From an uncultured Bacteroidia bacterium (GTDB lineage: Bacteria; Bacteroidota; Bacteroidia; Bacteroidales; F082), in the NCBI GenBank assembly GCA_902791165.1, contig CADAVB010000008.1, forward strand, positions 12,512 to 76,511: a stretch of 64,000 bases of DNA, read 5' to 3'. A program made the translations under genes and the position numbers. Positions 25,745 through 35,511 of this stretch are shown piece by piece. The stretch's first letter is position 1. Each line of letters opens with the position of its first letter. The notes under the pieces are model-generated. The model made no database searches. It was not told the DNA's origin and saw only the letters and a list, made by a program, of their open reading frames with translations.

Positions 25745-26956
25745 ATGCACGTTATTTTCCTCACCATGTCCAATATCCAAGGATTGGGCAATCATGGAAT
25801 CTATTCCGATTTGATTCGGAAGTTCCGCGACGAAGGTCATCAGGTGACAATTGTGACGCCGCGTGAACGTCGTTTTGGAGAGCAAACGAGTCTTAAAGAA
25901 GTGGATGGTGTCCAAATTCTTGGTGTCCGCACGCTCAACCTTCAGAAAACCAATGCCATTGAGAAAGGCATCGGGCAGGTGATGGTGGAGAGGCTATTTA
26001 AACAGGCCGTCAAAAAACACTTGGGCAATCTTAAGGCAGATTTGATTCTGTACTCCACGCCACCCATCACGTTCCCGAAAGTGATACAATATCTGAAGAA
26101 ATCCAATCCACAAGCCAAAACATATTTGTTGCTGAAGGATATTTTTCCACAAAACGCAGTGGATTTGGGAATGATGAGCAAATCTGGTGTGAAAGGTGTG
26201 TTGTATCGCTTCTTTCGAACGAAAGAAAAGAGACTCTATGCCTTGTCTGACCATATCGGCTGCATGAGTCCTGCCAATGTGCAATATATTTTGAAACATA
26301 ATCCAGAAATTGCGACTGATAGGGTGGAAGTGGCACCCAACTCATACGAGGTCCAAGAAATGACAGTTCTGACGGAAGAGCAACGCAGGTTGATTCGGCA
26401 GAAGTACGATTTGCCGACAGAAAAGCCCATTCTTATTTACGGCGGCAACTTGGGCAAGCCGCAGGGCATTCCGTTCTTGATAAAATGTTTGGATGCCAAC
26501 GCTGGCCGAGAGGATTGCCATTTCGTGGTAGTGGGCAATGGTACGGAATACGGCAAATTGGAAGCGTGGTTTAATTCCAAACGCCCCCAGAGCGTATCGG
26601 TTTTCCAACGCCTACCCAAGGAAGACTACGACCAACTGGTTCGTGCCTGCGATGTCGGGTTGATATTCTTGGACTATCGTTTCACAATCCCCAACTATCC
26701 TTCTCGCCTGTTACCTTATCTGATGGAGAAAAAGCCCATTATCGCCGCCACCGACCCGAATTGTGATACGGGCAGTATTGCCGAGCAAAACGGTTATGGT
26801 TTTTGGTGTCCGAGCAATAATGTTGAGGCTTTTACGCAATGTGTGGATAAGATTTTGAAGTCGGATTTGGCTCAAATGGGAGAAAAGGGCTATCAATTCT
26901 TTTTGGACAATTACACGATTACGCATACCTACAATGCTATTATGAAGCATTTTTGA
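25745..26956 (+). CDS. Glycosyltransferase family 4 (WbuB-like, commonly the L-FucNAc transferase)
   Basis: N-terminus HVIFLTMSNIQGLGNHGIYSDLIRKFRDEGHQVTIVTP is typical of WbuB-type GT4. C-terminal GT-B donor domain. Confidence 0.75.
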   Translation: MHVIFLTMSNIQGLGNHGIYSDLIRKFRDEGHQVTIVTPRERRFGEQTSLKEVDGVQILGVRTLNLQKTNAIEKGIGQVMVERLFKQAVKKHLGNLKADLILYSTPPITFPKVIQYLKKSNPQAKTYLLLKDIFPQNAVDLGMMSKSGVKGVLYRFFRTKEKRLYALSDHIGCMSPANVQYILKHNPEIATDRVEVAPNSYEVQEMTVLTEEQRRLIRQKYDLPTEKPILIYGGNLGKPQGIPFLIKCLDANAGREDCHFVVVGNGTEYGKLEAWFNSKRPQSVSVFQRLPKEDYDQLVRACDVGLIFLDYRFTIPNYPSRLLPYLMEKKPIIAATDPNCDTGSIAEQNGYGFWCPSNNVEAFTQCVDKILKSDLAQMGEKGYQFFLDNYTITHTYNAIMKHF

Positions 26957-26975
26957 AACATAACATTGGGATATT

Positions 26976-28157
26976 ATGACTAATTACGATTTATTACTTG
27001 AAAAAATAAGAGCCTTGGGTATGGATTACCGCTGGGCAGGTATGTTTGTTAAAAAACTGAAGGACGACGAAGTGGCATTTCCCGTAGCCGATGACGAAAA
27101 GAAACGCTGGGCTTTAGAACGTGGCTTCTATCCAGGACGTATCGAATTATACGGTTTGACGGAAGATAATTACAAGGATTATGTTCCCGATTTCCAATAT
27201 TTCATGCTGCACCCGATGAACAATCATTTCTTGAAGTGGCTCGACAAAACCACATTGAAATATGTGCTCAACAGCAATGGCTGCGAAGATACCATGCCGG
27301 AATATTATGTGTATGTTGAAAATGACCTATGTGGCGGCCGTTTCACTTATTTGATGGATTGTCCCACGGATATTCCAAAAAACAAAGATTTCCTGTGGAA
27401 TCTTCTTCAAAGGAAAAAGATTCTTGCCATGAAGCCAAATTCAGGGTCTTCGGGTGGACTTGGCTTTATCAAAATGGAGTTGCGCGAAAACGGGCTTTAC
27501 GAGAACAACAAACCGATAGATATGGCTCGTTTTGAGGAAATCCGAGACACGATGCGCAACTATATCATTACAGAATACTGCCATCAGCATCATGAACTTG
27601 CCAAAGTTTGGCCTGATAGCGAGTGCACGCTACGTGTAATAATGTGTAAGATACCACCAAAAAACCGATATGAAGAAACAAAGTGGTCTTGTGTTGCTTC
27701 TTTTGCTCGTTTTGGTTCTGCGGTAAGTGGTGGGACAAGTAATATGGCAACAGGGGGAGTTGCAATTGGTTTTGATTTCAAAACTGGGTTGTTTAAAGAA
27801 TATGGAATGTGTTATAAGTCTTTTACTAAAGACGGTAATTGTTTTCTTAATAAGCATCCAGATACAGGAATAGAATGGAAAGGGTTTATGATGCCAAATT
27901 GGATGTTGGTAAGAAATAAAATTGAAAGAATATGCCAACATTTATCTTCTCTAGATTACTTGGGATTAGATATTATTGTCACAGAAGATGGTATGAAACT
28001 ATGTGAAATTAATTCCCATCCAGCAAATGATTATGGTCAAATCTTATGCATGCCACATCTTATAGATAAAGAAGTGAAGTTGTTTTATGAGAAAAAGGGG
28101 CTTTATAGATACGATGGGAAAGATTTTTGTCAAGCATATTTTGAAAGCCAACAATGA
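26976..28157 (+). CDS. Sugar-transfer-associated ATP-grasp ligase, divergent paralogue 5
   Basis: ECTLRVIM, RFGSAVSGGTSNMATGGVAIGFDFKTG, HPDTGIEW, GLDIIVTEDGMKLCEINS. Confidence 0.7.
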   Translation: MTNYDLLLEKIRALGMDYRWAGMFVKKLKDDEVAFPVADDEKKRWALERGFYPGRIELYGLTEDNYKDYVPDFQYFMLHPMNNHFLKWLDKTTLKYVLNSNGCEDTMPEYYVYVENDLCGGRFTYLMDCPTDIPKNKDFLWNLLQRKKILAMKPNSGSSGGLGFIKMELRENGLYENNKPIDMARFEEIRDTMRNYIITEYCHQHHELAKVWPDSECTLRVIMCKIPPKNRYEETKWSCVASFARFGSAVSGGTSNMATGGVAIGFDFKTGLFKEYGMCYKSFTKDGNCFLNKHPDTGIEWKGFMMPNWMLVRNKIERICQHLSSLDYLGLDIIVTEDGMKLCEINSHPANDYGQILCMPHLIDKEVKLFYEKKGLYRYDGKDFCQAYFESQQ

Positions 28158-28756
28158 TTATGTATAAAAGGTTTTTTAAGCGAGTTCTCGATTTCCTTAT
28201 CTCGTTTGTTGCATTAATATGCATTAGTCCAATACTTCTGGTTTTTATAGTCGTATTGCATGTTGCCAATAAAGGCGCGGGGGCATTCTTTTATCAGGAA
28301 CGCCCAGGACTTAATGGTAAGATTTTCAAGGTTATCAAGTTTAAATCCATGACTGACGAGAAGGATGAGAATGGGGTGCTGCTTCCAAACGACCAACGAA
28401 TCACTAAAGTTGGTAAGTTTATCCGTAAATTCTCCATTGATGAACTTCCTCAACTCATCAATATACTCAAAGGAGACATGTCGCTCATAGGTCCTCGGCC
28501 ATTGTTAAAACGGTATCTTGAACTATATACACCCGAGCAGGCAAGACGTCATGAAGTTCGGCCTGGCCTTACAGGTTGGGCGCAGGTGCATGGTCGCAAC
28601 AACATCTCTTGGACAGAAAAATTCAAGTTGGATGTGTGGTATGTCGATCATTGTTCATTGTGGGTGGATATAAAAGTGATATTTATGACCATCAAGAATG
28701 TTTTAAGCGGTAAGGATGTAAGTGTGATAAGTGGAAGTTTCGATGGTACGAACTAA
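28154..28756 (+). CDS. Undecaprenyl-phosphate sugar phosphotransferase, small PglC/WcfS type (initiating transferase)
   Basis: Re-entrant helix FISFVALICISPILLVFIV, then YQERPGLNGKIFKVIKFKSM, DELPQLINILKGDMSLIGPRP. Confidence 0.9.
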   Translation: MIMYKRFFKRVLDFLISFVALICISPILLVFIVVLHVANKGAGAFFYQERPGLNGKIFKVIKFKSMTDEKDENGVLLPNDQRITKVGKFIRKFSIDELPQLINILKGDMSLIGPRPLLKRYLELYTPEQARRHEVRPGLTGWAQVHGRNNISWTEKFKLDVWYVDHCSLWVDIKVIFMTIKNVLSGKDVSVISGSFDGTN

Positions 28757-28768
28757 ATGGTATAGAAC

Positions 28769-29995
28769 ATGAAAGCATTAGTGATAGCAGGCGGACTTCC
28801 GCAAATAGAATTGATAAAACAACTGAAGGATAGGGGAATCGAGGCTTTGTTGGCCGATGGCAGCCCCAATGCCGTGGCACGACCTTATTGCGACAAGTTT
28901 TTCCATGTGGATGTGTTCGATATGGAGGCCATCAAGAATATCGCTATCAAGGAAAAAGTCGATTTCCTGATTACGGTTTGTGCCGATCAGGTGCTGCTGG
29001 TCGTGGCCAAAGTGTCGGAAGTTCTTGGTCTTCCGTGCTATATTGATTATGAAACTTGCCAAAATGTGTCGGACAAGATTCGCATGAAGCGAATTTTCAA
29101 GGCGAATGGCATCCCAACGACGGATTATGTGGAGACCGACCATCTTGATATGGATGTGATTGGCAAGTTGAACTATCCTTTGGTGGTGAAGCCCGTGGAT
29201 GCCTATAGTTCCAAGGGCGTGAGAAAAGCCGAGAATTTGGAGGAACTAAAACAATATTACGAAGAAGCCCACAAGATAAGCCGAAGCGGTGGCGTGATTG
29301 TGGAGGAGTTCTTTGCCGGCGACGAAATAAGTGTGGATGCCTTCGTGGTTAATGGAAAAGCACATGTGTTGAATGTCACGAATAGCGAGAAAGTAAAAGA
29401 CAAAGACCGTTTCGTCATCTTCCGTGGCCGTTATCCAGTAAAAGCGTCGGAAGCGGTTATGCGGCAGATTGAGGAGATTTGCCAGAAGATAGCAGACGGC
29501 TTCGGTTTGGTGAATGCGCCTTTGTTGGTGCAGTTGCTCCACAATGGCGATAAGGTTTCGGTGCTTGAGTTTTGTGCCCGCACGGGTGGCAACATGAAGT
29601 ATTTGTTGATTAAATATGCGTCGGGTGTTGATGTCATTGGTGCCACTATCGACATCACACTTGGGAAAGAACCCGATTTGAGCAAGAAAACCAAATCTTA
29701 TCATGTTGTCGTAAACGATTTCATTTATTGCCAACCAGGTGTTTTCGACCATTTCGAAGGCTTTGAGGAACTTGAAAAAGAAGGAATCATCAACGAATTT
29801 CATCCTGTTAGGATAAAGGGCACTGAAATGCGCGGCGTGACCAGCAGCAGTGACCGCATCGCAGGTATGAACATCGTGGCGGATTCGATTGAGCAGTATA
29901 ATGAGAAATTGCGCCAGATTAACAATACCGTAAAAGTGATGGATGCAGAAGGCAACGACATCATGCGGCACGATTTGTTACCAGAATTGAAATAA
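28769..29995 (+). CDS. ATP-grasp domain protein (PurK/CarB-like carboxylate-amine/thiol ligase)
   Basis: MKALVIAGG..., YPLVVKPVDAYSSKGV, VIVEEFFAGDEISVDAF, VLEFCARTGG. Confidence 0.75.
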   Translation: MKALVIAGGLPQIELIKQLKDRGIEALLADGSPNAVARPYCDKFFHVDVFDMEAIKNIAIKEKVDFLITVCADQVLLVVAKVSEVLGLPCYIDYETCQNVSDKIRMKRIFKANGIPTTDYVETDHLDMDVIGKLNYPLVVKPVDAYSSKGVRKAENLEELKQYYEEAHKISRSGGVIVEEFFAGDEISVDAFVVNGKAHVLNVTNSEKVKDKDRFVIFRGRYPVKASEAVMRQIEEICQKIADGFGLVNAPLLVQLLHNGDKVSVLEFCARTGGNMKYLLIKYASGVDVIGATIDITLGKEPDLSKKTKSYHVVVNDFIYCQPGVFDHFEGFEELEKEGIINEFHPVRIKGTEMRGVTSSSDRIAGMNIVADSIEQYNEKLRQINNTVKVMDAEGNDIMRHDLLPELK

Positions 29996-30016
29996 TAATT
30001 TAAAATATCGAGAATA

Positions 30017-30913
30017 ATGAAGTACTACACAATGCCTGAAACTCGCGAGTTTCTTGAAAGTATCGGTATGCCTGGCGGCGATCTTTACGATTTGCCAACA
30101 TCAGAAAAACGCTTCCCCGACGGAGGCCAGTATCGTTTTGAAGTTCCCGGAATCCAGGGACCTGGTCCGATGAAAGCCTTGCTGGAGGCTTTGGATGAAT
30201 ACGGAATCCAAATCCATAGGGTAACCCAAACCAAGGGTATCATGTTTTTGACCGATGACGAGATTAAACAAATGGTTGAATACGCGAAGAAATGGAATGT
30301 CCAGTTGGTATTAGCCTGCGGTCCGCGTGCCACGACCGACACTTCTGCTTCTGTAAAGACTGAGGAAGGCCAGCGCATGGGCTATCGCCTGCGCGGTGAA
30401 GAACAAATTGCCCGTGGTATCGAAGAAATCAGGCGTGGTGCCCGTTTGGGCGTCCGTGGGTTCCTTGTGTACGACGAGGGTCTGCTTTGGGCATTGGGCG
30501 AAGCCCGCAAGAAAGGCTTCATTCCTGCGGATTGCCACTTCAAGGTGAGTGCACATAGCGGCCACGGTAATCCGTGCTCGGCCCACTTGTTGGAAGCCAT
30601 TGGTGCCGACAGCATCAATCCTGTGCGCGACATACAAGTGCAAATGTTAGCCGCCATGCGTGCTGCCATCGATGTGCCGATTGACCTGCACACAGAAAAT
30701 CCCAAATCGAGCGGTGGCTTTATTCGCCATTACGAAGTGCCCGATTTCATCCGCGTGGCCGCGCCCGTTTATCTTAAGACAGGAGGTTCTGTGGCGGCCA
30801 ACCATAGTTATGACACCACGGAAAAAGAGGCTCGCCAGCGCGCTAAGCAGATTATGCTCGTTAAGAGGGTCATCGATACCTACTATCCCGAGGCCATCGT
30901 TTCGCCCAAATAA
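30017..30913 (+). CDS. Hypothetical protein (298 aa), possible alpha/beta-barrel enzyme; family not recognised
   Basis: Long ORF with strong coding composition and alternating hydrophobic-strand/helix pattern. No motif that I can name. Confidence 0.55.
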   Translation: MKYYTMPETREFLESIGMPGGDLYDLPTSEKRFPDGGQYRFEVPGIQGPGPMKALLEALDEYGIQIHRVTQTKGIMFLTDDEIKQMVEYAKKWNVQLVLACGPRATTDTSASVKTEEGQRMGYRLRGEEQIARGIEEIRRGARLGVRGFLVYDEGLLWALGEARKKGFIPADCHFKVSAHSGHGNPCSAHLLEAIGADSINPVRDIQVQMLAAMRAAIDVPIDLHTENPKSSGGFIRHYEVPDFIRVAAPVYLKTGGSVAANHSYDTTEKEARQRAKQIMLVKRVIDTYYPEAIVSPK

Positions 30914-30939
30914 AATAACTATAAACTCTCAAATTATAA

Positions 30940-32085
30940 ATGAGACATCATAGTTACAATCCAGATTTCAACTTTGTGAAGCTCCCAATGGAGTTCAACA
31001 AGTACACCGATCGTGACACGCTCCAGTATTGTCTCGGTGCTACACTCTACATGCCTGGCACAAAGGACATCAAGGAGAAGGTGGTGAACCATCAGCTGGC
31101 CGTGACATCCTTGGTCATGTGTTGTGAAGATGCTATCAAGGAAGAGGATTTGCCCATTGCCGAGCAGAATATTCTCGACCACATGGACTATTTTGCCGAT
31201 TTGATTGAGGAAGGAAAATTGTCCCATGATGATATCCCGCTGATATTTGTTCGTGTACGCAATCCCGAGCAGTTTGAGAGTTTCGCCGCGCGAATGACGG
31301 CAAAACAGGCATCGGTGCTGACGGGATTCAACTTTCCGAAGTTCAGTAGCGGTAATGCTTTCAAGGTTTTGCAGACTTTAGTTAAAGTCAACAATCGTTT
31401 AGGCGTTGTACTTTATGGCATGCCTATTCTTGAAGGCCCTGAAATCGCTTTTCGTGAAAGCCGAAAACAAGAGTTGTTGTTGCTTCGTAATATTCTTGAA
31501 CCATATAAAAATCTGATCCTCAACATTCGTGTTGGAGGAACAGACATGTCGTCGTTGTTCGGTGTGCGCCGTGGCATCAATTCTACGGTGTATGATATTA
31601 TGCCTGTGCGCGACGCTTTGAGCGATGTGCTGAATTTTTTCAACCGCTACAACGACTACTGTGTTTCTGCGGCAGTGTGGGAATACTTCCGCGCCTACAA
31701 GGATGACGACATTAACGATGTCATCAAGCGCAACTTCCACAATGCCCTTATCAAAGGTCAGGAGATTGTCAATCCCGCTATTGATGGCTTGATGAAGGAG
31801 GTGCTTATCGACCGCGCCAATGGCTTCGTGGGCAAAACCATCATCCACCCGACCCATGCACGCTTCGTGAACGCGATGTTTGCCGTGGTGGAAGAGGAAT
31901 ACCACGATGCGGTGCAGATTCTTCACACTTCGGGCGGCGTGGTCAAGAGCGAGCACGGCGACAAGATGAACGAGATAGGTCCGCACCGCCGTTGGGCTGA
32001 AAAAATCGCGAAAAGAGCCGATATTTACGGTGTTATCAAGAATGAGGATTCGGTGTTGAGCCTTGTTTTGGACGGAAAGGAATGA
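30940..32085 (+). CDS. HpcH/HpaI aldolase - citrate lyase beta (CitE)-like C-C bond lyase
   Basis: LGATLYMPG, VMCCEDAI, GFNFPKF, RVGGTDMSSLFG and KTIIHPTH follow the CitE/HpcH TIM-barrel pattern. Confidence 0.65.
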   Translation: MRHHSYNPDFNFVKLPMEFNKYTDRDTLQYCLGATLYMPGTKDIKEKVVNHQLAVTSLVMCCEDAIKEEDLPIAEQNILDHMDYFADLIEEGKLSHDDIPLIFVRVRNPEQFESFAARMTAKQASVLTGFNFPKFSSGNAFKVLQTLVKVNNRLGVVLYGMPILEGPEIAFRESRKQELLLLRNILEPYKNLILNIRVGGTDMSSLFGVRRGINSTVYDIMPVRDALSDVLNFFNRYNDYCVSAAVWEYFRAYKDDDINDVIKRNFHNALIKGQEIVNPAIDGLMKEVLIDRANGFVGKTIIHPTHARFVNAMFAVVEEEYHDAVQILHTSGGVVKSEHGDKMNEIGPHRRWAEKIAKRADIYGVIKNEDSVLSLVLDGKE

Positions 32086-33032
32086 CAAGCATGAAAATCG
32101 TTTTAGGAACCATGAATTTCGGTCCGCAGTTGGACTTGGAGGCCAGTCGCACGATGGTGAATGCCTACCTTGCCACAGGCGGACGGGAATTGGACACGGC
32201 CTACGTCTATAATGGCGGAACGACGGAAGACTATTTGGGCGAGATTTTGCCCGAACTGAATCCGCAAAGTTACGAGATTGCCACGAAAGTGCATCCGCGC
32301 ATCACGGGAAAACTCGACCGCGAAACAATTCTGATGGAGTTCACGGAATCGTTGCGTCGCATGAAACGCGATTCGGTCGATTTGCTCTATTTCCATTTCC
32401 CTGACGGCAAAACGCCCATTGACGAGGCTTTGGAAACCGTTGCAGAATTGCACGAACAAGGCAAAATCAAGGAGTTGGGATTGAGCAATTATCCCGCTTG
32501 GCAGGTCATCGATATTGCATACAAATGCGACAAAATCGGTTGCCCGCGCCCGACGGTTTATCAAGGAATGTACAATGCCTTGTGCCGCAATGTGGATCCA
32601 GAACTCTTTCCCGCCATCCGCTCGTTGGGAATGCGTTTCTACGCTTTCAATCCCTTGGCAGGCGGAATGCTGACGGGCAAGCACCATCATTTTGAAGACG
32701 CGCCTGAAGCGGGTCGTTTCGCCCGACTGAAGAGTTACCGCGATCGTTATTGGAAGCTCTCTTATTTCGATGCCATGGAGGAAATTCGTTTGGCTTGTGA
32801 AAAAGAAGGCATCGTGATGGTTGAAGCAGCCTATCGTTGGTTGGTGAACCATTCTTGCATGAGAACCGAACTGAACGATGGTATCTTGTTGGGTGCTTCT
32901 CGTCAGGAGCAGATGGAGCAAAATCTTGCTGCTGCGAAGAAAGGTTCGTTGCCAGAAAACATTATTGCCGCGATGGACGAAGCATGGGAAATCGCCAAGC
33001 CCGACAGTCCGGCTTATTTTAAGTTTGTTTGA
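32082..33032 (+). CDS. Aldo/keto reductase
   Basis: GTMNFG, LDTAYVYNGGTTE, DLLYFHFPD, GLSNY, FYAFNPLAGG. Confidence 0.85.
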   Translation: MTSMKIVLGTMNFGPQLDLEASRTMVNAYLATGGRELDTAYVYNGGTTEDYLGEILPELNPQSYEIATKVHPRITGKLDRETILMEFTESLRRMKRDSVDLLYFHFPDGKTPIDEALETVAELHEQGKIKELGLSNYPAWQVIDIAYKCDKIGCPRPTVYQGMYNALCRNVDPELFPAIRSLGMRFYAFNPLAGGMLTGKHHHFEDAPEAGRFARLKSYRDRYWKLSYFDAMEEIRLACEKEGIVMVEAAYRWLVNHSCMRTELNDGILLGASRQEQMEQNLAAAKKGSLPENIIAAMDEAWEIAKPDSPAYFKFV

Positions 33033-33034
33033 AA

Positions 33035-34378
33035 ATGAACGTATCACAATCATTTTTTGCAGAGATAGACAAAATCGCAAAGTGTGAAGTTCCCGTAGAG
33101 GTGATGGCGCGGTCAAAACGCTCGTTGCTTGATTATTTGGCGGTAACTTGCGCGGGTGCGGCCTTCCAAAAGGACAAACTCAACGGCTATTTTGATTTTG
33201 CCCAACCCGAAGCGGGCGATTTCAAGGCCATTGGCACGGGCAAAAGCCTTGTCTTGAAAGAAGCCGTGTTTCTCAACGGCCTCAACGCCCATGCCTTGGA
33301 CTTTGACGACGGCACCAATTCGGGTATCATCCATTTGGGTTCGCCTATCTTCTCGTTGTTGTTGCCGCTTTCGCAGCGCTACAACATTACCATTGAGGAC
33401 ATGCTGAAGGCTGCCATTGTAGGCTATGAGGCTTCCTACACTTTGGCCGTTTCCATTCAACCCAAACACAAGGCATTGGGCTATCATGCCACGGGAACTT
33501 GCGGCACGATTGGCGCGACTTTGGCAGCAGCGTATATGCTTGGATTGACGGAAGAAGAACGTTATCAGGCGTTTGCGACGGCTTGTGTGGCGGCATCGGG
33601 AATGTTGAAAGTGTTGGACGACGGTTCGGAGTTGAAGCCTTACAATGTGGCGAAAACCGCGCTGTTGTCATTGACGAGCTTACAACTGGCCAAGTCCGGT
33701 TTCAAGGGACACACCGACCCACTTGGCGGCTATCGCGGTTTCCTCAAAATGATGTCGGGCGACGAAAACACTGAAATCAAGCCGACTTTGCTCAATGGCA
33801 CTTACGCCATCATGAAGAGTTATACAAAGCCTTACGCTTCGTGCCGTTACACCCATCCGCCCGTTGAGGCCGCCATCCATCTGCGCAATCAACATGGCTT
33901 GAAGCCAGAGAATGTCGAGCAAATTAAGGTGGAAACCTACAATCTTGCCGTTTCGGGTCACGACCACACGGACATCAAAGGGGCTTATTCTGCGAAAATG
34001 AGTACGCCTTACAGCACGGCGGTTGCGCTCATCTATGGAAGGGCGGGTCTGCAAGAGTTCAGCGAAGAAAACTTAAACAACTCCGTCGTTCAAGCATTGA
34101 CGCGGAAAGTTCAGGTTGTTTCCGACGACGAAATGAGCCGCATTTTCCCCGATAAGCAAAGTGCCGTTGTTACAATTGTGACGGAAAACGGCACTTGTTC
34201 CGAGCGTGTGGACTTCCCGAAAGGTGAACCCGAAAATCCGATGACGGAAACAGAATTCCGTGAACGTTATGCGAATTTGATGGCTTATGGAAACGTGGCC
34301 AAGGAGACTTATGAAACGATTTATGAATTGGTAAACAAGCCGAATTTGAAGGCTTCGGAATTGATAAAAGACTTATAG
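33035..34378 (+). CDS. MmgE/PrpD-family protein (2-methylcitrate dehydratase / cis-aconitate decarboxylase superfamily)
   Basis: LLDYLAVTCAGA, NAHALDFDDG, IHLGSPIF, YHATGTCGTIGA and KPYASCRYTHP are PrpD-family blocks. ATG 33035 is preferred over TTG 33029. Confidence 0.85.
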   Translation: MNVSQSFFAEIDKIAKCEVPVEVMARSKRSLLDYLAVTCAGAAFQKDKLNGYFDFAQPEAGDFKAIGTGKSLVLKEAVFLNGLNAHALDFDDGTNSGIIHLGSPIFSLLLPLSQRYNITIEDMLKAAIVGYEASYTLAVSIQPKHKALGYHATGTCGTIGATLAAAYMLGLTEEERYQAFATACVAASGMLKVLDDGSELKPYNVAKTALLSLTSLQLAKSGFKGHTDPLGGYRGFLKMMSGDENTEIKPTLLNGTYAIMKSYTKPYASCRYTHPPVEAAIHLRNQHGLKPENVEQIKVETYNLAVSGHDHTDIKGAYSAKMSTPYSTAVALIYGRAGLQEFSEENLNNSVVQALTRKVQVVSDDEMSRIFPDKQSAVVTIVTENGTCSERVDFPKGEPENPMTETEFRERYANLMAYGNVAKETYETIYELVNKPNLKASELIKDL

Positions 34379-34379
34379 T

Positions 34380-35507
34380 ATGGTAAACCAAAAAGAACTA
34401 TTTGACGCTTTGTGCGACATGGGCGTTGATTTCTTCACCGGCGTGCCCGACTCGCTGTTGAACGACTTCTGCCTTTATATGACTAACAACCTGACTGCAA
34501 GGCAGCATGTGATGGCCGCCAACGAGGGCAACGCCATCGGCATCGCGGCGGGTCATTACATGGCCACAGGCAAAATGCCTTTGGTGTATATGCAGAACTC
34601 TGGCATCGGAAATGCCACCAATCCGCTGTTGTCATTGACACACGATTGCGTGTATGGTATTCCCATGCTGCTCGTCATCGGTTGGCGCGGCGACCCGTCC
34701 ATCAACGACCACGCCCAGCATAAGAAACAAGGCGAATTGACACCTATCTTGATGAAGGATATGGATATTCCTTACGAGATTCTCGACGACGAAAACACGG
34801 TGATTGAGAAATTCCGTTGGGCTGCCAACAAAGCTCGTGAAATCTCTTCACCCGTCGCCTTGATTGCGAAAAAGGCCATCCTCACCCAAAAAGAGAAGAA
34901 GCAGCAATATCCCGAAAGCCGCTTGATGAACCGCGAGGAAGCCGTTTCAGCCGTTATCGATGTGTTCGGCGAAGACGCGGTGTATCTTGGCACTACGGGT
35001 CGCGCCACTCGCGAGGTGAACGAACAATTGAAGATGCACGGTATCGGCGAAGGCCACGAATGGCAGAATGTTGGCTCGATGGGACATGTTTCGTCGGTGG
35101 GTCTGGGTTTGGCCTTGGCTCGCCCCGACAAGAAGGTTGTCGTCTTTGATGGCGATGCTGCCGCCGTGATGCATTTGGGCGCATTTGCCACCAATTGCCG
35201 CTACAAGGCTCCGAACCTCATCCATATTGTGTTGAACAACGGCGTGAACGAATCCGTTGGTGGACAAGAATCGGCTGGCCAGTTGATTAACCTTACGGGT
35301 GTCGCCGAAGCCTGCGGCTACCGCAATGTTGGTCATGCCGTTGAAACGAAAGAAGAATTGCAGCAGGTGCTGAAAACCTTGCCGGGTGGCGACATGCCTA
35401 CGTTTATAGATATATATGTCCGTCAAGGAATCCGTCCCGATATGCCTAAATTAAATATCGACCATAAGGCACAGAAGGTTGCCTTGATGAATTACCTAAA
35501 AAAGTAA
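34380..35507 (+). CDS. Phosphonopyruvate/sulfopyruvate decarboxylase-like ThDP-dependent decarboxylase
   Basis: The N-terminus ELFDALCDMGVDFFTGVPDSLL and GNAIGIAAGH, a later GSMGHVSSVGLGLA, and the VFDGDAA...LNNG ThDP motif are typical of AepY/Ppd/ComDE. Confidence 0.8.
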   Translation: MVNQKELFDALCDMGVDFFTGVPDSLLNDFCLYMTNNLTARQHVMAANEGNAIGIAAGHYMATGKMPLVYMQNSGIGNATNPLLSLTHDCVYGIPMLLVIGWRGDPSINDHAQHKKQGELTPILMKDMDIPYEILDDENTVIEKFRWAANKAREISSPVALIAKKAILTQKEKKQQYPESRLMNREEAVSAVIDVFGEDAVYLGTTGRATREVNEQLKMHGIGEGHEWQNVGSMGHVSSVGLGLALARPDKKVVVFDGDAAAVMHLGAFATNCRYKAPNLIHIVLNNGVNESVGGQESAGQLINLTGVAEACGYRNVGHAVETKEELQQVLKTLPGGDMPTFIDIYVRQGIRPDMPKLNIDHKAQKVALMNYLKK

Positions 35508-35511
35508 GCGC

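Noticed and set aside
30017-30913. Possible phosphosulfolactate synthase (ComA) identity for the 298-aa orphan, which would fit a sulfopyruvate decarboxylase
   Set aside because: I could not align it convincingly to the ComA/YitD sequences I remember, so it is left as hypothetical.
32103-33116. Long antisense ORFs in the GC-rich half of the window (for example 32103-33116 minus, 29246-29971 minus, 38488-39270 minus, 53176-55188 plus, 55130-56158 minus, 56127-56936 minus, 62753-63982 minus)
   Set aside because: Each lies fully opposite a gene with unmistakable family motifs (AKR, ATP-grasp, DegT, DPP-IV, M64, GroEL). Their translations are Arg/Gly/His/Val-rich and low in complexity, as expected for shadow ORFs in GC-rich coding DNA.
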